Assembly: GCF_025612915.1 (NCBI RefSeq)
Contig: NC_069115.1
Coordinates: 8,359,492 to 8,423,491 of the forward strand
Direction of reading: 5' to 3'
Source: Crassostrea angulata
Lineage: Eukaryota
Length of the DNA stretch: 64,000 nt
In this document: positions 14,301 through 26,300 of the stretch, one piece after another
Layout: each line of letters begins with the position of its first letter
How positions within the stretch are numbered: the first letter of the stretch is position 1
Notes under the pieces: generated by a model
Told to the model about the DNA's origin: nothing
The model's database searches: none
Seen by the model: the letters and a program-made list of their open reading frames with translations, nothing else
Program-made: the position numbers and the translations under genes

Positions 14301-17300
14301 GGTGGTGTTACAAGAGTACCACAACAACTATTGATTGTAATAGTACATCAGTATTTGGTTTGGTTGTCAGGTGGTGGTGTTACAATAGTACCACAACAAT
14401 GATTGATTGTAATAGTACATCAGTATTTGGTTCGGTTGTCAGGTGGTGGTGTTACAAGAGTACCACAACAACGATTGATTGTAATAGTACATCAGTATTT
14501 CGTTTGGTTGTCAGGTGGTGGTGTTACAAGAGTACCACAACAACGATTGATTGTAATAGTACATCAGTATTTGGTTCGGTTGTCAGGTGGTGGTGTTACA
14601 AGAGTACCACAACAATGATTGATTGTAATAGTACATCAGTATTTGGTTCGGTTGTCAGGTGGTGGTGTTACAAGAGTACCACAACAACGATTGATTGTAA
14701 TAGTACATCAGTATTTCGTTTGGTTGTCAGGTGGTGGTGTTACAAGAGTACCACAACAACGATTGATTGTAATAGTACATCAGTATTTGGTTTGGTTGTC
14801 AGGTGGTGGTGTTACAAGAGTACCACAACAACGATTGATTGTAATAGTACATCAGTAATTGCTTCGGTTGTCAGGTGGTGGTGTTACAAGAGTACCACAA
14901 CAACTATTGATTGTAATAGTACATCAGTATTTGGTTTGGTTGTCAGGTGGTGGTGTTACAAGAGTACCACAACAACTATTGATTGTAATAGTACATCAGT
15001 ATTTGGTTCGGTTGTCAGGTGGTGGTGTTACAAGAGTACCACAACAACTATTGATTGTAATAGTACATCAGTATTTGGTTTGGTTGTCAGGTGGTGGTGT
15101 TACAAGAGTACCACAACAACTATTGATTGTAATAGTACATCAGTATTTGGTTCGGTTGTCAGGTGGTGGTGTTACAAGAGTACCACAACAACTATTGATT
15201 GTAATAGTACATCAGTATTTGGTTCGGTTGTCAGGTGGTGGTGTTACAAGAGTACCACAACAACTATTGATTGTAATAGTACATCAGTATTTGTTCGGTT
15301 GTCAGGTGGTGGTGTTACAAGAGTACCACAACAACAGTGACCAGGCCCTGGAGGCTAAGTACGTCTTCCCGCTGGATGACATGGCCGCCGTGTGCGGTTT
15401 TGAGGCGTTCATCAACGGGAAACACATTGTTGGGGAGGTGAAGGAGAAAGAGACAGCCCACCGGGAATACAAGCGGGCCGTCCAGGAGGGGCATGGGGCG
15501 TACCTCATGGACCAGGACGAGGAAACGCCGGTAAGATCAAGATGTTCACTTTAGACACAATGGTAATAATATGATCAAGGTCAATCAACATTGCAGTTTT
15601 ATTGAAAATAAAAGCCAATTTCAATACATTTGTACTATTTAAATATCATGGTATACTAAAATTCCCCTCTTGTGAATATATCACCAAAATTATTATGACC
15701 CACAAAGTTCACAGTACTATGACTCACAAAATTTAAATAAAAGTCACTACGAAAATTACTCATTGACAATTTCAATATTATTTATACAATGTATATTAAA
15801 ACATCTCATTTGTGAATCTATAACCAAAATTACTTTGAATCACAGAGTTAAGTATATTGGCAGTCATATCTTTGTTACTGTACAGGAGGTATTCACGGTC
15901 AGCGTGGGGAACCTCCCCCCGGGGGCTGTGGTGGTCATCAAGATCACCTATGTCACAGAGCTACAGGTGGACGGTGACCTCATCAACTTCCGTCTCCCAG
16001 GCAGCGTGGCGCCATGGAAACAAAAATATGTTGACGCACCGGAATTCAAAGACAAGGTCTCTGATTCAACATTGATTGTTTGAATATTTATTGAAAGCTT
16101 CTTAAAGATTAGCTACAGAACCATAATTCTATGTATAAAGGTTGGATAAAACTGTGCCCTAGAATCCATCATCACAAATTTTTCTTAAGAGCTACTGTTT
16201 TTTCGGTTTTTCAGGCAATGAATTTAATAAGAAAATGTGTCTTTTTATGTAAATGTAGGACTGGGACACAGTCCAGGTGGAAGATACCTGCTGTAGTGTA
16301 CAGGTGTATGTAGACATGCCCTTTGTTATATGTCTGTATTTTTGTCTACTCTATGTTATAGGACTGGGATACAGTACAGGTGGGAAACACCTGCTGCAGT
16401 GTACAGGTGTATGTAGACATGCCCTTTGACATCCGGAGTCTGGAGTGTCCCACGCATAAAGTACTCTCCAAGGTAATCTATAGATACACTGTACAGTCAC
16501 TGCTCTGATATTACCTGACTGATCAAAAACAATTAATGAACTGGTATTTTCTAAGATTAAACTTTGAACATTTTGATGACATGAGCATAATGGTTAAAAT
16601 TAATAAGAAACACATTGGTGCATTTCAACCTTGTTGGGGTTTTAGAGCAATATTTTTCATGTAAAATAATGTTTGCAGAGAACGGCCACTAAGGCTGTGG
16701 TGGAAATTCCAGACGAGTCAGACCAGACATTGGAGGATGGATTCCAGCTTCTGATTGGTTTAGCAGAAATCCACGTTCCGCGGATGTGGGTCGAGTCGGA
16801 TGAAGGAGAGTCGCAGGTAGTTACAAGGAATTCTCATGAAATCAATTACTTTTATTTTTCAGTCATATACTGACAGTAGATGGAAATTCATAACATATGA
16901 TTTAGATTAAGTAATTTACAAGAGAACCCAGGTATATGTTAGCAAGCAAATTGCAATGAGTATAACTTATTGTTACTTCATTACTTTGTCATAGAGTGAG
17001 TAACGTTTAATTTTATTACTTTACATCAAGTTGAAATTTAAAGTACAGCATGTATGACCACAGAGCAATTTAAAAAAAAATCGAAATTCACTGAAAGTAG
17101 ATGAACATTACATTAGGGTTATCTATATTAGGCATGCATGTTGACCTTTTACCCTGAGTTTGAGGCTGATGAGGAGTCAGAGGTTGAGGTCATCCTGATG
17201 ATTGACAGCTCCAACTCCATGAAGGACTCCTCCCACCGTGATGCCAAAAAGGCTGCTCTCCTTGTGTTACATCTCATGGATCCAACATGGAGGTTCAATG

Positions 17301-17329
17301 TGGTCTCATTCGGGACAGGTATAGTATGG

Positions 17330-17363
<34 letters not shown>

Positions 17364-20300
17364 TTAATTTATGGATATAGCAGTGTATTACCGGTAATTG
17401 TTTTTACAAACATACTGTTCCGGTTTATTTTCAGAGAATGTATTTCTCCCTTTTACTCTTGCAAACAGTTTTGCCCAGTTTTTGAATTGTGAGTTATTAT
17501 AAATGTACCTGTTGTAACTATTTGTCTTTTTTTTTTAGCATTCACAGAACTTTTCCCATTGAGTCAACCAGCCAGTAAATTCAATGTACAGACAGCAAAG
17601 CAGCATATTCAGGTCTGCATTTCACACAGGAAATATTATTTGTAGGCTTGCATGTTGTCGTTTAAGGTAATTTAAAAGAAAAAATTGTAAAAAGTTTGAC
17701 ATCTGTTGCAGAAATTACAAGCAAACCAGGGTAATACTGAACTCTACAGACCCTTACACTCTTACTACCTTCTTAAACCAGAGAGTTCCACCAGGAATAT
17801 TTTTCTTTTCTCTGATGGCTATATCAACAATGATGAGGATACCCTGGCCAAAGTTTCCCAGAATTCTCAACACACAAGGATCTTCACCATGGGAATCAGG
17901 TTTCTTAATTAAAAACTTCTTCTTTAAAACTTCAACACTGGTGTGAAAACATTTATCTGAGTGTCCTTGCATATTTTTCAGTTATTTAATTTAAAACTGT
18001 AACAGTTTTGATTACATTAAGTAAAGATTAATATGTATGATGTGCAGAATCATACCCTAATCTTTGGTAGGAAAAAAATGTACAATAACAATTGAAACAT
18101 TTTCTGTAAGTTTGAATGGTCAGGTGTAAAATGAAAAAAAAAATGATCAGGGTTTTTTTCCGTAATATTTCAATATTATGATATATGATAGAATAGTACA
18201 ATTAATATGGTTCGAGAGTGTTCGACTTTGTATTTGTTCAACTTTGTATTTCTGCCCACAGCTCTGTAGCAAACCGTCATCTTCTGAAAGCAATATCCAG
18301 GGTTGGAGCAGGTTCCTATGAATTCTATGATTCCAAGTTCAAATCTAAGTGGGAAGATAAGGTAAATTTTATGATACTCATTTCAAGTTTAAATCTAAGT
18401 AGGAAGTTTAAATTCAATTGGGAAGATATGGTAAACTCATACACTCAAAAATAAAAATTTTGTGATAAATAAAGAAACAATGAAATCAATGGGATTTCCA
18501 AATACTGGTATTACCTAGTAAATGATCAAGGTGTTTGACCTTTGTTTTTTGAAATATTGAAGATAAACTGTTTTTGTGGGTTTTTAGGTTAGGTCCCAGT
18601 TACAGAAAGCGGCCCAGCCGGTGCTTACCTCAGTATCGGTAGACTGGCGCCATGACGACCAGCACCCCGCACCAATACAAGCTCCGGAACAAATCACCGC
18701 TCTGTTCAGCAGCTCACGCCAAGTGATCTACGGATTCGTGGACAACTGCTACATGGTGACGTACAATCTCTTTTATGTTTGATTTCATTCCTACATAACT
18801 CTATAATGGTTTAATAAGTGTCTTTGATCTTGAATTTGTAACGTGCATCCTTTGATTAGTTACTAATGGTAACCTGACAACCCTTGAATATTTAGGTGGT
18901 TATATTAATTATCTAAATTTTCATCATTTTGTACACTATCAGATGTGTGTAGTATATGATTATCTGTTTTTCTCTTGAAATACAGGCTACTTTAAAAGCA
19001 AAGATTGGTGGTCAGGAGATATCTACTGTTGTCTCGACCTCTGACCTCAGTGTTACTAAGGGCAAGGTAAGAGATTGTTAGTAATGCATGAAATAGCAGC
19101 CGTTTTTTCACTGTTTATCATTTCCATGCACTTTCGTTCCAAGTTTTTCTTAAGTGATAATTGAATGCATGTAGTTCTTAATAATTCTTAATCAGAGATT
19201 GTTGAATATTTTTCTTATCACTGAAATCATGTGACTGTTTATTTTTGTAGTTGATGACAACCATGGAAGACTAATTATTGTCTTATTATATTAAACACTG
19301 TCAGATATTTTTATCTTTAGGGCTTAGTTCATTCTACAGTACAGAATGTATTAAATTTAAAGCAATTATTAAGCCTGCTGTAATTTTTGAGATGCTGCTT
19401 GTAGATGCTGCACAGATTAACTGCCAAGGGAGTGATCCGAGATTGGGAGGATGGAGTTCTCTCCCCTGATAGGACCAGTCATGAGGTAAATAATGGCAGT
19501 TTTATTCTTAGATCTTAAAGTTTTTAAAATTAGTTTTTGGCTTATATTTCTGGAGTTCAATTGACTTTAGTTAAAGTAAAATTAATGTACTTGTAACAAT
19601 TTTAACACCCCGAGTACAATAATTATTGAAACTAAATCAGCCAGTATCAGTTTCAGGTAGTAGCCTGCAATCTATGTAAACCAGTAGACTTTCAATTAAA
19701 TTTCTTTTTTTGGAAACTTTAAAGATTAATCATCATTAGTTATTTGAAAACAGTTTTTTTTACAAGGCAAAATATTGCTTTCACAAACCAGAATCACATT
19801 TCAGGAATAGCTTCCGATTCTACAATACTGCATGTGTTTGCTATCGCTTGTCTGTCACCTTTCGTCCTTTAAGCAGTCTAGATTGTGGTGTCAGCAAACA
19901 AAACATCAATGTATACCATTTATTCTCCGACCCATAGGCCCTTATCATATGATGCATCCTCATGATGCATATATTATGGCAAGAAAGACATAAAAAAATT
20001 TTAATGATCATAAAATGTAGTTAATATTTATTTTTTTGCTTTCTTTTCAACCCACAGGTTAAGAAGATGAACCTGAAACAATATGTCATCGAGCTGAGCA
20101 AGAGGTACTCCATTGTGACCTCACTGACCAGCTTTGTAGCCATTGAAAAACGAGAAAAGGTAAATGTTGTTTACTTTTATGAATCAAGTAGAATATGTTT
20201 GAAATTAAAGCAGGTGAATGGGGATGCTATGTCCCAGTTTTCATTTCAATTTCATTTAAGGTGACTTTTTGCTAAGATAGATAACTCACTGGAAATAGTT

Positions 20301-23300
20301 ACTCTGCATAATTGACTTATAGAATAAATAATTTATTTTTAACTGGGTTTTACAACGGAAAAATCTGGTCATTGAAATGGTGAAAATGGCGGGCAGGCAG
20401 GCGGGCTGCTGCCAAAAGGGTACCCTCATTGTACGGATAACTCCTCCTACAGTTTTCAAGATAGGAAGTTGTTCTTTTGTGGATCAATTATACATGTATC
20501 AGAGGTGTGCATATTGCTAGGATTTTGATTTCCGATGATTTATGAAAAAAATACCAGCTTTTGAACTTAGTCATTTTTTGGCAAAATATTGAATAAGGAT
20601 ACCCTCATTGTACGGGTAACTCCTCCTACAGTTTTCAAGATAGGAAGTTGTTCTTTTGTGGATCAATTATACATGTATCAGAGGTGTGCATATTGCTAGG
20701 ATTTTGATTTCCGATGATTTATGAAAAAAATACCAGCTTTTGAACTTAGTCATTTTTTGGCAAAATATTGAATAAGGATACCCTCATTGTACGGGTAACT
20801 CCTCCTACAGTTTTCAAGATAGGAAGTTGTTCTTTTGTGGATCAATTGTACATGTATCAGAGGTGTGCATAATGCTAGGATTTTGATTTCCGATGATTTA
20901 TGAAAAAAATACCAGCTTTTGAACTTAGTTATTTTTTGGGGAAAATATTGCATATAGAGTACCCTCATTGTACGGATAACTCCTCCTACAAGTTTCCAGA
21001 TAAGAAGTTGTTCTTTTGCAGATCAATTGTACATGAATCAGAGGTGTGCATATTCTATGATTTTGATTTTTGATAATTTATGAAAAAAAAAAAATACCAG
21101 CTTTTGAACTTGGTCATTTTCTGGCAAAATATTGCATATAGGGTACCTTCATTGTATGGATAACTACTCCTACAGTTTTCAAGATAGGAAGTTGTTCTTT
21201 TGCAGATTAATTGTACATATATCAGAGGTGTGCATATTCCTAGGATTTTGATTTCTGATAATTATATTATCTTCTCTCTCCTTGGCCCAATCTTGCTCAT
21301 CCTACACCCACAGAGTGCCTTTGGGTAAAGGGTGTGCAGTGACCTTAAACTATGTTTGAAAGGTTAAGGTCATAGCAGAATTATATAAAAAAATCCTTGT
21401 GGCATATCTTCTCTCTGTTTGGTCTAATCTGGCTCATACTTAACTCACAGAGTGTCTATGGTCAAAGAGTGTGCAGTTACCTTATATGAAGTTTGTAGGT
21501 CAAGGGTCAAGGTCATGTTGAACAACACAAACATCCTTTTCGGAGCATATTTTTTCTTTATTTTGGCTCTATGTGGCTCATACTTCACTGTGATAAAAAG
21601 AGCTTTTGAGTAATGGATTTGTAGTGACCTTGAACCAAGTTTCAAGGTCAAATGTGAAGGTCATAGCAGAACTCTATAAAAAAAAAATTGTGATCGAAGC
21701 ATATCTGATCTCCCTTTGCTCCAATCTAACTAATATAAAATGATACAAGGAACAGTTGTTCAGGTTAGCGGTGTGGCTGATTGGCCTCTTGTTTACAAGA
21801 TGAGGTTGCTATGATATCTATTTCAGGATGAGGTAATGATACAGGGTTGTCTCTAAGACCCGGGAGCCAGGGAATTCCCCCACCTATAATTCCTTAATTA
21901 CCCCCTTCTACTTTTTCATTTCCTCCTTCTACTTTAATTTTTAGAGACAACCCTGATGATATCACCAATATCTCAAGATGGTGTTAATGTTGTGGTGAAA
22001 TCTACTTCAGGATGAGTTTGACATGTGATGATACATGTATTAATTTCAGGATGGGGTTATTTTGTTGTATATTTCAGGATGAGGTTGATGTGCTATATTT
22101 TTCAGGATGATGCTGTTGTGTTCTATATTTCAGGATGAGGTTATCCCAGATTCTTTCCCAGATGTTGGGGATTTACTGATCAAAGAGGATGTAGATATGC
22201 TGAAATACCTTTCCTGGGACAATGAGGTAATGATCCAATTAAATCTTTCAAAATTAAAGAATTATGATTTTTGTTTAGTTATTATATGGCAGAAGGACTC
22301 AACACAAGACACAACACAATGAAATTTCTAAAGCTTTCAACTAACTGATTTTAACAGATTTAAAGGGACTTAGACACGATTTGAGCTCTTTTTTTTTCAT
22401 TTTTAATGTCTTGAGTGGTCAATAAGGATGTTTTTAATGCTTTTTCAAAATTTGAAAGTCAAATATCGAGTTACAAGCAAGATACAGAGGTTAAAATTAT
22501 TTGTTTTGTAAACAAAGCTCGAGTCTTGTTATTGGTTACATATGTCTTGTATTGGTAAACGTGTCAATCTAATGTTGCATTTTGTTGTTGGTAAAATTAT
22601 TTATAAACACATTGAATTAGTTTATCTTGTTTCCATACGTTATTTTGTCAAAGAAATGGTAATTTCTTTACTTTTCATTATTTGTAAACAATTAATTATA
22701 AGACTCAAGCTTTGTTTACATAACCTCTGAAAATAAATATTTTCTTAACTAATTTATTGAAAAACAAAATTATTAAGGAAGGAGTCTTTTCTGGTTTTCG
22801 ACTTGTCAAACGTAAATTTGATTAATTGTTCATTAAATCAAGATGAAAGGAAATTAAAATAGTATATTTTTCTTTCTTTTTTACTATCATACAACTTGGC
22901 ATAGAAAATTGTATTCAATGTTTAGAATGGAACAAGGACTATATTTTTGGCGTAGGAAAATATCACATGTTGCGCAATTCAGAATTGCTGCAGATTATAT
23001 ATATATAATGAGTCTGTTTTAGCATTTTAAAAACAATAACAATAATGTTGGAATTTTTTTTACTAATGTGAACTAATAATATGATACTTGGGTTTCAGAA
23101 TATGTTTTTAAAATATGATTTGCCTATCAAATAAAATTTTTATAAGCTTTTTAAAGCGCCCATTCTATACATTGATTTTTGTGGAAAAATCACTAATATC
23201 AGTTTTTCTCTCTTATGAAACGGTCAATATATTAGCTTTTCTGTCAATTTATATCTTTATATAAAGTCTTCATAATACATTAAAATTAGAAATGCTTTAT

Positions 23301-26300
23301 TATTGGAAGCATAAAAAAACAATCAAAATTTCTTCAAAATTTAAGAAATTTAGAGGAAATGCGGGCTAAGCAATATCAATTTTAGTATAAATATGTATTC
23401 CAATTTAGTAGTATAAGCTGATAGACACTCTCATGGTCTATGATTTCATTGAAGATTTGAATCTTCAAATCTTAAACAAATGTCTACAGAACTATAAAGA
23501 GCTACAATATTTTTATCACTCTTTACGTTGAGGGAAAAGGTAGTGACCTTGACCTGACCTTTATCCGAAAACAAAAAGGTCAAATTTAATTAAACTGATA
23601 GAATCATTAAGTAATATGATCCGTTTGACTGTGTCAAAATTTCATGCATTTCTTATTATAAGAAGTATGTTTGATAATGAAAAGACTCCATCCTTAATAC
23701 AGATTTTTTTAGGATTGGTGCATTTGTTACAAATCAAATTTAATATCCATGCAACATACAAATAAATGGCAACACAAAGTATTAGTTAATCTGAAAAAAC
23801 ATATTTGGGTCAGGGCAGGTAGGGAAAACCAAAAACACAACCTGTACTGCTTTGTAACGAACGTCGCATCAATTGTCGCATTGAATACTCCCTGGTAAAT
23901 CTATTCATATGGAGCGCAAAAGCCCTCGTGCATGAAATAACCAGTCTTAAAGTAAACCAGATTATACGAAAACTAACAGAAATTAACGAGGTTAAAAACG
24001 TAAAGAAATGAATTGTATTTCGCTTGTAATATGACTTATAACATTCAAATTTTGGTATATCATTCAATATACCCAAACTATGTTATACATAAAAATCAAA
24101 AATAAAATTTTCATTTAAAATCGTGTCTAGGTCCCTTTAAAGCACTTGAAAGCTTATTGATAAAATTAGGTCAACCAAAATTCATTGAACAGATCGTTTA
24201 AAACAAATTTTTAGATTAATTAAAACACTTTCTAGTTATAGAATTTAAGCCTTTTCCTGCTCAATGTCCAAGGCTGCCTATACAGGTTTTTCTGCAAAAT
24301 TTAATTTTTGTTTGTGTTGTTTTTCCATGTGAAAAACATATTAATACTTGCAAAAACAATTGAATTATTGAATTGATATTTTATTTATAATACGACTTGA
24401 GTTCGCATCCTCTTCTCTTTTGACTTTCTACAACTTCCAATAGTATATGTAGCACTTGCCACATATTTCTGGAATTTATCATATAGGAAACGAAAAATAC
24501 AGATTTGAAAAATAACCAATAAGATAAAACATGTATTCATTATCTAGCATTATATAATTATGTGAAGCTAACACTAAAAACAAAAATTGGTTGATGCAAA
24601 CTTAACCAGTTTATCTCTGGTAATTAGTGATATCATACCAACTAGAGTCATGGCCAACGAAAGTTGGTTCACAATATACAGAAAACTGTTGTTTTGTAAA
24701 CATGTCTAAATTTTTTATTCATTGACTGAAATAAGAAATGTTTTTACTACCGTAATTAGGCAGATACAACTTCCTATGAAGAGGACACATCATCAGAAGA
24801 AGGCACATCATCAGGAGATGAAGAAGAAGAAGAAAAAGAAGAATATGCAGAGGAATTGTATTCATTAGAATGCATGGTAAATTATGAGGTACAGTCCCTG
24901 AAACGTTCTACTTCCCCACTTGAACAGTAAACACACGCTGAGTGAATGGTGAACAGAATATGGTGAGCACTTATGAACGGTTAACAGTGAGCAAACGCAT
25001 AGTGCAAACGGAGCGCAAATGCAAGTGAAAAGTGAAATATAAGATTATCCTTGTTGTAATATCGTTATAAATGTTTACATTAAATTCTACTAAATGTGAA
25101 ATTCTGATTAATATGAAGACTCTGATGTGAAATGTAAGTTTCTTTCTACCTTTACACATGCGTTCTTTCCTCATTTTGTTGTAACTCTCAAAGACTGATC
25201 CTTTCACTTTGGAGTACCAAATGAAAATGAATGAAGCGGTACTTATTATAATGATAAGAGAATGCTGAACAAACGGTGAGTGCAAGGTGAAGGCTTTTTG
25301 AAAGCACAGTGAGCACTTTGTGAAGGATGAGTGCGAACGGACCAAAGAGCACAAGTTAAGGCATGGTGAGTACACTGTGAGGGCAGGGTGAACGCACAGA
25401 AAAATGGGAAAGTAGAAAGTTTCAGGGACTTTAAGAGTACGTAAATTTCTACCCGATCTAGTATTTTTGATGTTGAAATTTTTATCTGGTGAGACTGTCT
25501 GTCAGACGTTTTATATCTCTGTTTGGTATCTACTATGAATGTAATATGAGGGGTGTCCCAAAATAACCTACAAGGCAGAACACATAAGGTAATTTAAAAT
25601 CTGTTCCCTGCTATTTCATTAGACTTCAATTTTTCCTTCAATCACCATTCAAAAATTCAAACCTGTACTTTATTTATTTCTTGAAAAATGAATATTATTA
25701 AGTAACAACAAGTTATGCCAGGCAGCGCAATGTGACACGTTGAAAATGCCCAGTCAGACTCTATGTATTGGTGCTGAATCCTCAAAATCAATTACGATAA
25801 CATTTAGTAAATTTTATTTTCGAAAATATCTTTAAAAAAATATTTTCTTTTGCGCATTCAATATACATTTCTAGTTTTGGTTTATAAAATATTTTTTTAA
25901 GTACAAACAATCTGTCAACTCCAAACTTGCCCTGTATTTCATGTACTTGTTGTCTAATGTCCGACTTAACAAAATGTGTTGTTCAGCATTTTGATGTCCA
26001 TTTCTATCGACCAGGGTTTCTTTTGTAACTTACTGTCATCATTCTCGTCCCAATATTTTCAATTTTGTCAGACTACTAATTCACAAAATGCATTTCTAAG
26101 TTAATTTGTTAATTTATTTTACTTCAAAAGCCACTTTGTTTCAAGGTCTTTACAAAATGTTAGTTATTCAAATTCAGTTACCTCTGTGCTAGTAGCTGCC
26201 TCAAAAGCTTACATCGTAATTTTATTACGACTTAAACTTGTCAAAGAATGTGCTATAAAATCTTTGAAAGTTTTGTTACATTCAAAACATTTTCTCTGTA

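Noticed and set aside
13967-15340. 457-aa ORF (MKTQKIL...[12 protein letters not shown] repeats) and overlapping 231-aa, 71-aa and 79-aa ORFs
   Set aside because: These are reading-frame artefacts of the 72-bp minisatellite. Only the last unit is coding, in a different frame, as the start of PARP4-like exon 14.
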